Of a DNA stretch of 64,000 nt, positions 40,988 to 51,621 are shown piece after piece. The position numbers and the translations under genes were made by a program. This DNA is from a virus, in IMG/VR virus record IMGVR_UViG_3300023184_004051, positions 44,671 to 108,670 of that record; one strand, 5' to 3'. Position 1 is the first letter of the stretch. Every line of letters starts with the position of its first letter. The notes beneath the pieces are model-generated. The model was not told where the DNA came from. It saw only the letters and a list, made by a program, of their open reading frames with translations, and did not search any database.

Positions 40988-43456
40988 GTGCGTATGCCGA
41001 CACCTGACCCAACTTTAGTTAGAGCCGTGCAGACGCTTGCGGGCGTTTGCGATGGAGCCGCCACCCAAGATGGTGTTGGCTTCAATGGGCCTGACAGCAA
41101 GTTTGGGAAGTCTCTTGGTGAAGCCCCTGTAGAGGTTTGGACTGATGCCCTCGCCAGAGATGCGTGGGAACTCATCGCCAAGTATCGGGGGCAACTCAAA
41201 AGGGTTGGCATTGACTACGACAGCATCCCAGAGCCTCCTAAGGCGCACGGTGTCAAGGGCGTAAGAGCCGTAGATGTCCGCTCAGGCAAGGTTTTGGTGT
41301 TCCTGCCCTATGGGGACTCAGCCTATCCAAAACAGGCGTTATCAGCAACTTGGAACCGTGACCTGCGGGGTTGGCAGGTAGCCGTATCCAAGTATGGCTC
41401 AGTCTTGTCGTGGGCTGAAAGAAACGACATCCCCGTGACCGACAGGGCGAAGGCAATCCTGTCATCAGCACCTCAGCCAGACAAGCCAGACTACGGTGGC
41501 ACAGCCCTTTTGGAGTTTGGTGAAATCGTGTTGAAGTTTGACTACAACCCCAAACTCGTAGATGCCGTTCGTGCCATTCCCGGTAGGCATTGGAACGGTC
41601 ACGAGAAGGTTTGGATTATCCCTGCCAAGTGCGTGAGCCTCGTTCGTCAGTTGGCGGAGGACTATCACCTCTTTCTAACCGAGGATGTCAAGCGCCTACC
41701 TGACCACGAAGTGACCACAGCACCGACTGTCTCCGTCAAAGGGAAGTCGTTTGCCATCTCGTTCACCTACGATGCCGACCTACTTTCCAGCGTTCGCCAA
41801 ATGCCCGGTTCTACTTGGTCACCTAAGGACAGAGTTTGGCTTGTTCCGATTGAGAGCGTTGAGGAAGTTCAGAAGTTTATCGCCCAATCAAAGGCAAAAA
41901 CTTCACCAGAAGTCGCCAAGTTGGTCGCTGAGGCAAGTGTCGTTCAAGCGGTTATTGACGCATCAGCAGCGCACGATGCCGAAATCCAAATCAAGGGATT
42001 TGGCTCAGAGAAGTTCCAACTATTCCCATTCCAAAGAGCCGGTGTCGCCTACGCTATGCGTCAAATGGGCTTCACCTGCGACGATGATGGAGTGTGGATA
42101 CAAACCGAAATAAACTCCGGTGGTGTTCTTATTGGCGACGAAATGGGGCTTGGAAAAACCTCGCAAGGTCTTGGTGTTCTGAAGGCTACGAACTCGTTTC
42201 CTGCGGTGATTGTCTGCCCTGCCAGCCTCAAACTCAACTGGAAGCGTGAAGCCGAACAATGGATACCGGGCGTTCAGGTGAAGGTTCTTTCAGGCACTAA
42301 AGGCAACTTGCCTGATGCCGACATTTACATCATAAACTACGATATTCTCACGCATTGGACAGATAAGTTCGTGAGTATCAAGGGCTTGGTTTTGGATGAA
42401 AGCCACTACATCAAGAACGGTTCAGCACAGCGTTCCAAAGCCTGTATTCGTATGGCGGATAAGGTTTCCGAAGGTGGCGTTAGAGTCTGTTTGTCAGGAA
42501 CACCAATCGTCAATCAACCTTTAGAGATTATGACGCAACTCCGTGTCATCAACCGTTTGGATGAGTTTGGCGGAGCCACTTCATTCCGAGGAAACTACGG
42601 GCGGGCATCAGCAAAGAGCCTCGCAGCACTCAACCGGAAACTCCGTAGCACTTGCTATGTCCGTAGGCGTAAGGCTGATGTTTTGACCGAACTGCCTCCG
42701 AAGCGTTGGGCGCACTTGGTCGTAGAAGGCGACCCTGTGGTGATGAAGGAATACAAGAAAGCCGAAGCCGACATCGTGAAGTATCTGTCGCAGTTGGCGA
42801 TGCAACTCGCTTTGGAAGCCGGTGCTGATAACGAGGAAGCCCGACGAGAGGCTTGGCAAAAGGCGCTACGAGCCAGAGCCGCCGAGAACCTTGTCGCCAT
42901 CACCACCTTGAAGCAACTCGCCGCCAAAGCCAAAATGAAGGTCGCTAAGAGTTGGATAGATGACTTCCTCGCCAACGACAAGAAGTTGGTGGTGTTCGGA
43001 TGGCATCGTGACATCGTGGATATGGTTGCTGAAAACTTCAGTAATGGCGTGAAAATCCAAGGCGGATTGACCGCCGAGAAGCGTCAGGAAGCCGTTGACC
43101 TTTTCCAAAACTCAGACGAGCAGAAGGTGATTGCCTGCAACATCAAGGCAGCCGGAGTGGGTCTAACCCTGACCGCAGCCAGCGATGTGCTGTTCGTTGA
43201 GCAGGGATGGACACCGAGCGATATGGAGCAGGGTGCTGACCGTTGCCACCGCATCGGACAGACCGACAGCGTGACCGCTTGGCTGATGCTGACCGCCGAA
43301 ACGATTGACGAGGATATCGCCACGCTGATTGACCACAAGAGAAGCATCGTGGACAGGGCGATTGACGGAAGCGATGACGACGATGACGAGGAAACCTCCA
43401 TCATTGGTGATTTGCTTGTCGGCCTTGCCGAGCGTGGGATGCAGGAAGCGTCGTAG
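40988..43456 (+). CDS. SNF2-family helicase with N-terminal HARP-like repeats
   Basis: DEMGLGKT, DESH, SGTP, DR.HRIGQ; repeated F.Y...V..VR..PG..W units. Confidence 0.9.
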   Translation: MRMPTPDPTLVRAVQTLAGVCDGAATQDGVGFNGPDSKFGKSLGEAPVEVWTDALARDAWELIAKYRGQLKRVGIDYDSIPEPPKAHGVKGVRAVDVRSGKVLVFLPYGDSAYPKQALSATWNRDLRGWQVAVSKYGSVLSWAERNDIPVTDRAKAILSSAPQPDKPDYGGTALLEFGEIVLKFDYNPKLVDAVRAIPGRHWNGHEKVWIIPAKCVSLVRQLAEDYHLFLTEDVKRLPDHEVTTAPTVSVKGKSFAISFTYDADLLSSVRQMPGSTWSPKDRVWLVPIESVEEVQKFIAQSKAKTSPEVAKLVAEASVVQAVIDASAAHDAEIQIKGFGSEKFQLFPFQRAGVAYAMRQMGFTCDDDGVWIQTEINSGGVLIGDEMGLGKTSQGLGVLKATNSFPAVIVCPASLKLNWKREAEQWIPGVQVKVLSGTKGNLPDADIYIINYDILTHWTDKFVSIKGLVLDESHYIKNGSAQRSKACIRMADKVSEGGVRVCLSGTPIVNQPLEIMTQLRVINRLDEFGGATSFRGNYGRASAKSLAALNRKLRSTCYVRRRKADVLTELPPKRWAHLVVEGDPVVMKEYKKAEADIVKYLSQLAMQLALEAGADNEEARREAWQKALRARAAENLVAITTLKQLAAKAKMKVAKSWIDDFLANDKKLVVFGWHRDIVDMVAENFSNGVKIQGGLTAEKRQEAVDLFQNSDEQKVIACNIKAAGVGLTLTAASDVLFVEQGWTPSDMEQGADRCHRIGQTDSVTAWLMLTAETIDEDIATLIDHKRSIVDRAIDGSDDDDDEETSIIGDLLVGLAERGMQEAS

Positions 43457-43489
43457 TCGCCTTACCCTTGCTGAAAAGTAAGGAGAGGG

Positions 43490-43849
43490 TTAGAGCGTGT
43501 TGCCCGCAGCGTTGTCGGTAAAGCCTGTGTTCACAGCGGCAGTTGCACTCTCGGCGGCGCTAGAGGCATCAGCAGCCATCTCAATCGCATCTTTGTGCGT
43601 GTCGTCATCTTTGCCTGATGTGATTTCAGCAGCCTTGTTGTGTGCCGTAGCCGCTTGGTTGTGCAGACTTGCGGGGAAAATAAACCCCTTCTTGGTCAGG
43701 ATTTCAGCAACCTTGCGATGATACTTCGCCTTTTGCTTGTGATGAGCCGCTTGCTCTCTCGACTTCTCGACGGTTTCACCAGCGATTTTCAACACACCCA
43801 CTGAAGCCCACGAGGGCAACAGAGCGTCGGTGGCGAAAGGATTTGTCAT
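43490..43849 (-). CDS. Helical His/Ala-rich protein carrying a partial family leader (NPF...LL.P.W....VLK)
   Basis: N-terminus resembles 52237; AH..AA repeats resemble 46067. Confidence 0.6.
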   Translation of the reverse strand: MTNPFATDALLPSWASVGVLKIAGETVEKSREQAAHHKQKAKYHRKVAEILTKKGFIFPASLHNQAATAHNKAAEITSGKDDDTHKDAIEMAADASSAAESATAAVNTGFTDNAAGNTL

Positions 43850-43899
43850 AACAAAAGTCTATCCTGCGTTAGTGAAATCCCTGAAGTAGAGTGGCATCT

Positions 43900-45102
43900 A
43901 TGAATATCAACGTGAGAGCCGAACTTGTTGCGATTGACAGCATCAAGGCGCACCCGCAAAACCCCCGACTTGGTGATGTCGCCGCTATTGCCGAGAGTTT
44001 GGAAGTCAACGGTCAGTATTCACCAGTCGTGGTTTGGAACGACACGATTATTGCCGGAACCCACACTTGGAAGGCCGCAAAGAGTCTCGGCTGGACAGAA
44101 ATCGCCGTCACCTACTTTGAGGGCAGCGAGGATGAGGCGCTTCGTGTGCTGATAACCGACAACCGCACGAGTGACATTGCCGTTTACAACAACGAACTGC
44201 TCCTTGACCTGCTGAAATCCCTGCCGGATTTGGAAGGAACGGGCTTTGACACCGAGTATTTAGACGAACTTGACGGTCTACACAACGACACCTCCGGTGG
44301 CATTTCCAAACCTCTCCTTGACGACGAGCCAACCGACGACCCAACACCACCTGTTCCAATCGTTCTTGGTGACTTTCGGGGCTACTTGGACTACGGACTG
44401 CACGACATCTGGCTCTCATCTATCCAAGATGCGGTTGGTGAAAAGAAAGCCAAGATTACTAAGGAAATCCGCAATCGCTTGGACATCCCCAACGACCCAA
44501 AGCCGCCAAAGACGGAAAAGGTCAAGACTTCCAAAACTGCCGACCAAAAGATGACGATGGTGGAAACTACTCTCGTTCCCATCAAAGAACTGAAGCGGTA
44601 TCCAAACAACCCTCGCGAGGGGGACATCGGGGCGATTAGTGAAAGCCTGCGGGTTCTTGGGCAATACCGACCCGTCGTGGTGAATAAGCGCAACAACCAA
44701 ATCCTGAAGGGCAACCACACGGCTGCCGCTGCATCAGCACTTGGCTGGACTGAAGTTGCCGTCGTATGGGTGGATGTGGATGACGAAGCGGCGGCAAAAA
44801 TCGTGCTTGCCGACAACCGAACAGCAGACAAGGCGACCTACGACAACGACCTGCTTCTCTCTGCGATTTCACTACTGGACACTTTGGAAGGTTCCGGGTT
44901 TGACAGTGAGGATGTAGCCGACATCGCACAGGGCAAGAACAGCACCCCCGTCATTGCAAAGGTCAAGTTCCAAATCGGGGATTACTCGTTCTCGACTACA
45001 CAGGGCGCTTACGACGCTTGGGCTGCTGAAACCAATATTCCTGATGAGGCGCTTCACCAACTTGGCTTGCCCCTAACCGCACTTCTAAGGGAAGCAGACT
45101 GA
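43900..45102 (+). CDS. Protein with two tandem ParB/Srx N-terminal domains
   Basis: Two copies of P.NPR.GD..AI.ESL...GQY.P.VV...G.HT..AA..LGW...DNRT.D; probable leaderless ATG at 43900. Confidence 0.85.
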   Translation: MNINVRAELVAIDSIKAHPQNPRLGDVAAIAESLEVNGQYSPVVVWNDTIIAGTHTWKAAKSLGWTEIAVTYFEGSEDEALRVLITDNRTSDIAVYNNELLLDLLKSLPDLEGTGFDTEYLDELDGLHNDTSGGISKPLLDDEPTDDPTPPVPIVLGDFRGYLDYGLHDIWLSSIQDAVGEKKAKITKEIRNRLDIPNDPKPPKTEKVKTSKTADQKMTMVETTLVPIKELKRYPNNPREGDIGAISESLRVLGQYRPVVVNKRNNQILKGNHTAAAASALGWTEVAVVWVDVDDEAAAKIVLADNRTADKATYDNDLLLSAISLLDTLEGSGFDSEDVADIAQGKNSTPVIAKVKFQIGDYSFSTTQGAYDAWAAETNIPDEALHQLGLPLTALLREAD

Positions 45103-45116
45103 TGTAGAATGGTCGT

Positions 45117-45338
45117 ATGGGCAAAGACAACCTGACTGTTATTTTAGCAACGCCACTCGCTTATCCAAAACCGAGCAAGGCTCTGTCCGATGTCGTTTTC
45201 TCGTTGTCACCCGACAAAATGCGTGACTTCTACGCATCTTTAGACCAGACTTTCAGCAAGTTCGGGAACAACGCAACCGTTGGAAACTTGCCACCTGCGC
45301 TGCAAACAGCAGTCGTCGCCAACTATCCGATTGACTAG
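45117..45338 (+). CDS. Hypothetical protein
   Basis: ORF after a TAGAAT -10 box. Confidence 0.5.
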   Translation: MGKDNLTVILATPLAYPKPSKALSDVVFSLSPDKMRDFYASLDQTFSKFGNNATVGNLPPALQTAVVANYPID

Positions 45339-45340
45339 TT

Positions 45341-46018
45341 GTGTCAGGCTTCACCACTGAGGCATTGCTCTACCCTCTTGCCAAAGGGGACATCAGAGGA
45401 CACGCCTTCCACGGGAACCAGTACGAAGTGGTCGCTAGCGAGGGCCAAAGCGAAAGCAGACCGCCGACTGGACAGTTCCAACTCTCAGGTAGTGAAATCC
45501 GTGAGTGGGTCAAGTCATTTCGTGAAGAACGCCACGTTGCGGGTATTCTCACACAAGAAGCCATCCTTGACTCAGGAGCCGTCGCTCTTTCCAAAATGCT
45601 CGGGTTTGACAAGCCGGCCCAGCAACCCAAAACGCCACCCAGCCGAGAACCAAACCTCTATCGGGGATGCAGTCCTGAAGGTGCTGAAAGCCTGTTGCGA
45701 CCTTTAGAACACTACGGGAGTGGCGGTGGGGCGGCTTATGGCAACGGGGTTTATTCCGCAGAGAACCGTTTGGTGGCGGAGCAATACAACGTCGGCGCAA
45801 TGGTGAAAATCTGGCTTGACCCCGATACAACGATTGCAGATGGCGAGGATGTGGAAAAGGCTTACAGGGCATTTGATGTCATCTTGCCTAACGAGTTTTC
45901 ATCGTTCGCTTATCAGCCCGTCAATGCAGCACTTCTCTTTGGCTACCAAGCCATTGAATGGGGTGGAACATTCGTCATTCTTGACCGTTCCAAAATGACT
46001 ATCAGCACCGAGTCGTGA
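45341..46018 (+). CDS. KGD-GHxFxGNQ tagged protein; ADP-ribosyltransferase-like C-terminus
   Basis: Tag LAKGDIRGHAFHGNQY; LYRG...G.GVY.A....A..Y. Confidence 0.6.
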   Translation: MSGFTTEALLYPLAKGDIRGHAFHGNQYEVVASEGQSESRPPTGQFQLSGSEIREWVKSFREERHVAGILTQEAILDSGAVALSKMLGFDKPAQQPKTPPSREPNLYRGCSPEGAESLLRPLEHYGSGGGAAYGNGVYSAENRLVAEQYNVGAMVKIWLDPDTTIADGEDVEKAYRAFDVILPNEFSSFAYQPVNAALLFGYQAIEWGGTFVILDRSKMTISTES

Positions 46019-46066
46019 CAGGCGGATTGGGCAAGTCGTAGTAGCATTAGCGGAAGGAGGTTCCCT

Positions 46067-46561
46067 ATGTCTATCAACCCTTTCCATTACGAAAATCTGC
46101 TGAAATCTGCTGGCAACTACCCCATTGCAAAGGGAGATTTGCCCGGACACCCGTTTCGGGGGAACCAGTACCAAACTCTCAACTCTGCGCTAGACCACAT
46201 TTCACAAACGGCTTATCGGAGCGGCGGGAGGATTGAGAGGGACTCGGTTGCCGATGCCCACCGTGCAGCGGCAAAGGAGCATTACAGCAGAGCAGCCGGA
46301 CTCCTTCAGCACGCCCAAAACCAAGTTGACGCTGGATTGTCAAACACGACTGAGCAATACAAGCAAGATGTTCACGATGCGATTGGCGCTCATCTGCTTG
46401 CTGGAAAAGCGCACGATGCCGCCGCTGATGAAAACTCACGAGGGGTGGCTTATGGCCCCGGAGAGGTAAAGCCGTACAACGCTGAACAATCTGCATCCGC
46501 CTCAAAGACGGCTTTACGCCGTTCGGGTGAAGCACGAGCCACTACAGAACTTCTTTCCTAA
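46067..46561 (+). CDS. Tagged protein; helical AH..AA-repeat C-terminus
   Basis: Tag IAKGDLPGHPFRGNQY. Confidence 0.65.
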   Translation: MSINPFHYENLLKSAGNYPIAKGDLPGHPFRGNQYQTLNSALDHISQTAYRSGGRIERDSVADAHRAAAKEHYSRAAGLLQHAQNQVDAGLSNTTEQYKQDVHDAIGAHLLAGKAHDAAADENSRGVAYGPGEVKPYNAEQSASASKTALRRSGEARATTELLS

Positions 46562-46573
46562 GTAAGTAGTGGA

Positions 46574-47170
46574 ATGTCTGCCAATCCTTTCCAAACCAGC
46601 GAGTTACTGAAATCGCTATCAAACTACCCCGTTTCCAAAGGTGGAGACTTACCCGGTCACGAGTTTCACGGAAACCAACACACAGGTGGCATTGGTGGTG
46701 GTGGTGGGGATGCCCGTCAGTCTGACCCCGGGCGCAACAGCAATCCGGGTCGGAACCAAGCCAGCACCCAAAGCAACGGACTTGGAAGCAAAATCCGTGC
46801 CAAACTCTCCCAAATCAACCATTTCGGTGCTACGAAAGAGGAATGGGATAAAAAACAGGCAGCCGCCGACAAGATAAGTAGGGCGCACCACGCGGCAGAG
46901 GCAGAGAAGGAACGTAGGATAAACAACGAGTTGGCTTACCACGACCGCCTCGTGCAGGTCGCTGACAAATACAAAGAAGAATGGCGACGGACTGGTGACA
47001 AAAGGGCGCTTGACAAACACGACGAACTGAAAGCGGAGTTCCACGCAGGTAAGCACTTGGCCTTCACCTTGAACACAGACAAAGAGCGCAAATACGGCAC
47101 GAACATAGACTTCTCGGTGGGTGAAGAAATCACACCAGACAAAATGCCCAAGTATGTCCCCTTCTCGTGA
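46574..47170 (+). CDS. Tagged protein; charged helical C-terminus
   Basis: Tag VSKGGDLPGHEFHGNQH. Confidence 0.65.
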   Translation: MSANPFQTSELLKSLSNYPVSKGGDLPGHEFHGNQHTGGIGGGGGDARQSDPGRNSNPGRNQASTQSNGLGSKIRAKLSQINHFGATKEEWDKKQAAADKISRAHHAAEAEKERRINNELAYHDRLVQVADKYKEEWRRTGDKRALDKHDELKAEFHAGKHLAFTLNTDKERKYGTNIDFSVGEEITPDKMPKYVPFS

Positions 47171-47385
47171 CTCAATGGTGGTCGTGGTGCTTAGACGGCC
47201 TCGGCTTGACTTGCACCTACCTAGTTGGTAGAAAGTTCTGGTGGGGTTGGCTCTGCTATCAGGGCTACAACCTCATTTGGATTACTTACGCCATCACCAC
47301 ACGGCAATGGGGCTTCATCCCCGGCTGCATCGTCTATGCCACCCTCAACCACAAGAATATGAGGTCTTGGCGCAAGGGCGCTTGA
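47167..47385 (+). CDS. Small PnuC-like membrane protein
   Basis: WSW......G.K.WWGW......W..Y......QWGF. Confidence 0.55.
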   Translation: MTQWWSWCLDGLGLTCTYLVGRKFWWGWLCYQGYNLIWITYAITTRQWGFIPGCIVYATLNHKNMRSWRKGA

Positions 47386-47419
47386 CAGATAACACTAAAC
47401 CCCGATAGTGTGAGGGGCA

Positions 47420-47827
47420 ATGACCTCCCCCTTCAATGAAGTGCCGAGCGAACCCGAATACCCTGACCCCTCGCTGATTGCCTCGATTGAGCATCAAGCC
47501 GAGAAGTTGGGCTACCTAGTGAAAAAGGTAGAGGACTTGTTCGCCAAGCGTGCGCGTGAAGCACGACACATTGCCCTGTTTCAGCACGGGTTAGAGAACA
47601 TCTACATCCTTCGCAAGTGGACTAATGGTGAAATCAACGACGAGGAAGCCGCCGAGTTGCAGGCTCAACTTGCCGAGCGCACCTCTGCGATGCACGATGA
47701 GGTCAAAGACCTTTTCACCACGAATATGAACCGCCTCAACGAAATAGTGCTTCGCCATCTTGATATCGGCAAGGGTTCAGCGAGCGAGTTGGACAACTTC
47801 CTCAACGAGATGTTCCGAGGCGAATAA
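47420..47827 (+). CDS. Hypothetical protein
   Basis: ORF after a TTGACA promoter. Confidence 0.55.
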   Translation: MTSPFNEVPSEPEYPDPSLIASIEHQAEKLGYLVKKVEDLFAKRAREARHIALFQHGLENIYILRKWTNGEINDEEAAELQAQLAERTSAMHDEVKDLFTTNMNRLNEIVLRHLDIGKGSASELDNFLNEMFRGE

Positions 47828-47969
47828 TGAGTCAGCAAGAGAACACGGACACTTGCCAACTCTGCGGCCATTTGCTTTATCACCACAATCCAAAATGCGG
47901 GTTCAATCCGTGGTGGGTCAACAGCAATGGCGAAAAAGTCAACCCGTGTCAATGTGAAGGAGAACAACA

Positions 47970-48266
47970 ATGAGCCTAGAGAACGACATCAGCCGCATCA
48001 GGGAACTTTTGGAAGTCGTCACGGAGGTTGTAGTGGAAAAAGCCGACAACAAGCCTGCTTGCCTGTGCCAGCCACCGGAGAACAACGAGGCAAACATTGA
48101 GTATCTGTCGCCATACAACGACGGTGCTGAAATGATTGAGGAACTTCGGGATTGGCTCGCCAGCCAAATCAACTTCGCCTACCAAGCCCAATCAGACACC
48201 CTCGCCTTCCAAACCACTTTGGATATGTTGAACGAAATCGTGAACAAACGGGCGCTGAGTCACTGA
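47970..48266 (+). CDS. Hypothetical protein
   Basis: ORF with aaggag RBS. Confidence 0.55.
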   Translation: MSLENDISRIRELLEVVTEVVVEKADNKPACLCQPPENNEANIEYLSPYNDGAEMIEELRDWLASQINFAYQAQSDTLAFQTTLDMLNEIVNKRALSH

Positions 48267-48354
48267 TTTCGGCAAAGAAAACACAACCCCCCTATTGCAT
48301 AGGAGCGTGGATTTGTGTATGCTTCACCTCTAGCCGACTGCAAAAGGAGAACCA

Positions 48355-48606
48355 ATGACCATTGCATCACCTTGGAACGACGAGAGCGACTACCACACCC
48401 CACAGTCGCAGTTTGGGGAGTTCATCGTCGTCACCCCCGCAGGTGAAGTGAGTTTCCTCCCCGAAGGAAGCATCATCTTGCCTGTTGCCGAGATGAGCGT
48501 TGCCGAAAAGAATGAAGCGGTCACGCTCATCAGTAAGCCAACCGAGGCTCGTCACACTTGGGCGCTGAAGGCTCGTACCGACGCTTGGGTGCGGAACGGT
48601 CACTGA
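48355..48606 (+). CDS. Hypothetical protein
   Basis: TTGCAT-17-TATGCT promoter, ccgact box, aaggag RBS. Confidence 0.55.
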   Translation: MTIASPWNDESDYHTPQSQFGEFIVVTPAGEVSFLPEGSIILPVAEMSVAEKNEAVTLISKPTEARHTWALKARTDAWVRNGH

Positions 48607-48612
48607 CCCCGA

Positions 48613-48870
48613 ATGGCAATCACCACTTGTATCTGTGGCGAGGAAATCGCAACCGTGTATGGCGATGGTGAAAACCTGTCCGTATGGTGGCATACCGCAT
48701 ACGCACGACCTGAGTGCCTGTCCTCCCAAATAGCAACACCAGCCGTTCCCGAAACATTGCCAACTGTTGAGTGTGAGTGTGGTGAAAAGTTTGTTGGCTC
48801 AACACGAAAGCACGACCTCGCAATGCACCGAGATGCCTGTAAATGGGGAGATGAATGGCTGACCTCGTAA
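48613..48870 (+). CDS. Small Cys-rich protein
   Basis: CICG...CECG...H...C. Confidence 0.5.
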   Translation: MAITTCICGEEIATVYGDGENLSVWWHTAYARPECLSSQIATPAVPETLPTVECECGEKFVGSTRKHDLAMHRDACKWGDEWLTS

Positions 48871-49070
48871 ATCACCCACCGCACTACACGAGCGACCCAT
48901 CAGGCGTGGAGTGCATCACCATCACCCAACATCGGAACTTCTGCGTCGGCAACGCCATCAAGTATCTGTGGCGAGCAGGACTCAAAGACGACACCAAAAC
49001 CATTGAGGACTTGCAAAAGGCCGTGTTCTACATCAACCAAGAAATCAAGCGGCTAGGAGGCAAACCGTGA
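48855..49070 (+). CDS. DUF3310-family protein
   Basis: D.VNHP.HY....ECI...GNA.KY.WRAG.K...EDL.KA.FY. Confidence 0.85.
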   Translation: MADLVNHPPHYTSDPSGVECITITQHRNFCVGNAIKYLWRAGLKDDTKTIEDLQKAVFYINQEIKRLGGKP

Positions 49071-50144
49071 ACAGAGAGTGGTGGAAAGTTAGACAAGAAG
49101 CCGAGGCAGCAGCCCAAACCAACCAGCCATCCGGCATTGACGGACTGAAGGAACACCTCCGCCACAAAGAAGCCGAACTCGCCTATCTCAAAAGGCAGAA
49201 GGCAATGGTCAAGTTTGAGGTCAAGGCGCTTCGCCGGTTGGTGGAAAACTATGACCAGCAATAGTATGCAGCGCAACAGTATGAACCAAGCCGAGCGTAG
49301 TGAAATGCGAGCCAAGCACATCTTGGAGACATACGAGGACAGAGTAACTAAGCAAGAAGTTGAAACCTGCGGTCATTGCTGCCTTGATGAGTGGCCCTGC
49401 GATGTAATCAAGGTGCTTGACGCTACTGAGCCACCGTGCGACCACGTTGAAGGTGGCGAAATCCCTCACACCACCGAAGGCATCAACGTTTGGCTCCACT
49501 TCACCTACTGCCCCTTGTGTGGAGAGAAACTATGAACCAGCAAGAACAAAATGAAGTTCGGGCGTTGTATTATTTTTGGGAAAACAGCCTGAACAACCGT
49601 ACACAGGAAGCGTCATCTGTAGACGCTTGGGAAGCCGTAGCGAACACTAACCCCGATAATGTTAGCCAAGGCGACCTAGTGAAAAAGGCGCGGCGTTTGC
49701 TCGCAGAGGTCACGCCAGAGGAATACGGCCTTGCTTACGCACAGGGATACCAAGTGGCAATCCAAGACCTTTTAGGCGATGTCGTTTTGGAGGAAGCCAC
49801 TCCTACAGGTGCAACTTTCTCCAAAGGCGAACACCAACCCCCTGCAAAATACCCAACTAGGGGGGAGAAGTAATGGATACGCCTTCAATGATTTTCACCA
49901 TCTGCATTATCTGGCTTCTTGTTATTGCGGCGATGCGATGACAACGGCACAAAATCGAGCCGAGGAACTCCTTTTGGAACTCATCTATGAGCGAGTGCTG
50001 GTTAGTGCGCCAACCAAGATTGAAGAACTGGATTACCCGGCTAGTGACCATTACAAGGGCTACTACGAAGGTTGGTGGGAAGCGGTAGAGGCGCTACGGA
50101 ACACCATTGACAACCATAACGAGGGCAACGGGTATCGCAAATGA
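49067..50144 (+). CDS. Run of four small coupled hypothetical ORFs (49067-49264, ~49251-49535, 49532-49873, 49938-50144)
   Basis: Overlapping start/stop codons and SD-like sequences; one ends YCPLCGEKL. Confidence 0.45.
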
Positions 50145-50614
50145 GCCGCCAACAGGACATCGCCAACGCACAGAACCCTGAAGGTGAAAAGCGCCTTGCC
50201 CGCATCCTGAACCGCCACATCGGTTGGTCGGAGCAGGGTTGGTCATCCATCTCTTGTGAAAAGTTGCCACCCTCCTACTACCTTGACTTCTGCATCGTGC
50301 GTGACAACCGCTATGTCGAGGCGTGGTTAGAGGTGAAAGAGCGTGGAGCGTTCTACGGCGACTGGCTTTTCCCGCTTGCAAAGTGGATACGAGGTTTGGA
50401 ACTTGCTGAAATGAGTGACAAACCGTTCTACATTTGCTTCTCTTACCCTGACAAGATTTCAGCAGACGAGCGCATCTGCTATTTGGAAGTCAACAAAGAG
50501 ATGAAGCCACCTGTGGTTTGGGCGGGGCGCAAAGACCGAGGCTACGAGAACGATATGTTCCCTCACATTGAGTTGCCCCACAAGTGGTTCACAGATATCT
50601 CAGACTTGGGATAG
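50141..50614 (+). CDS. PD-(D/E)XK nuclease-like protein
   Basis: Y.LDF........LEVK.R pattern. Confidence 0.55.
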   Translation: MSRQQDIANAQNPEGEKRLARILNRHIGWSEQGWSSISCEKLPPSYYLDFCIVRDNRYVEAWLEVKERGAFYGDWLFPLAKWIRGLELAEMSDKPFYICFSYPDKISADERICYLEVNKEMKPPVVWAGRKDRGYENDMFPHIELPHKWFTDISDLG

Positions 50615-50639
50615 GGTTTCACCACTGAACTAAAGGAGA

Positions 50640-51621
50640 GTGAGGCAACCAATGTTCACCATTTTCTGCCAATCACACGGCAAAGAGGAAGTCTGTCCAA
50701 GCGAGCCTTACAAGGTCTGCCCTGAGTGCTTCCACATCTTTCATACCCCTGAGGCGCTGCTAGCCGACGCAAACATCGAACGCTTGCAGATAACCCCGAG
50801 TAGTGAAAATGTCACGCTCATCACGGACACGGAAGCCGTGTTGTCCTGTCCGCATTGCGTTCACGACTTCTAAGGAGGGCTTGATGTCTGCTGAAATGTC
50901 TTACGAGGACTTGGCGCTTAGGTTTTTGTATTTAGCCAACAACAGCGGCGTGAACTACGGGCAAGGAAATCGCTATCTAGCCGAGGCTCAGGTCTGGGCG
51001 ACCCTTCACCTCGCAAAAGCGATGGGCAACATAGCAGAAACTCACCAAACTGATGAGTTTGCGCTATGTCAGCACCGCACCCTCAATACCCATAAGATTG
51101 AGAACGATGTTGCCGACGGGTTTTGGACTGAACTCAACACTTACTGCCCGCAATGTGGTGAAAAGTTATGACAAGCCGCTTGATGAGAAACTTCTACTTC
51201 TTTGCGAAGCGCCAAGCCGCACGAGTAGCCTGCCTGTTCGGTCACCACAATCACAAGATGGGCGTTCCGGCTAAGGGTGGCGGCGGTTTCGGATGCCTGT
51301 GGTGTAAAAAGCCCCCAAAAAAGTAGTTCCGCCCCACAAACAGGGCAAAACTATGCTGAAAACGGTATTGTTCTGGCAAAAGAGCGCCGGAACCGATACT
51401 CTTTTGACCCACGAGGGGGAATGATGCCGAGTATTCCAATCAGCAAGACAAGCAAGAAATGGCGCAGAGAAGGATGGCTGTCGCTCTCGCTGCGTGACTT
51501 CGGTTTTGGATTTCACCTCTACTTTTGGCGACGAAAGAACGCGTGGGGAACATCCGGCTTCTCCGTCAACTGCTACTTGCTTTTTGTGGATTTTCACCTA
51601 GAGGTTTGGAAAACTAAATGA
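50640..51621 (+). CDS. Small hypothetical ORFs (50640-50873, 50884-51171, ~51277-51621)
   Basis: ORF track; CxxC motifs in the first two. Confidence 0.45.

Noticed and set aside
49500-51171. Repeated YCPxCGEKL C-termini
   Set aside because: A common phage Zn-ribbon ending that also supplies the next gene's RBS; not distinctive.
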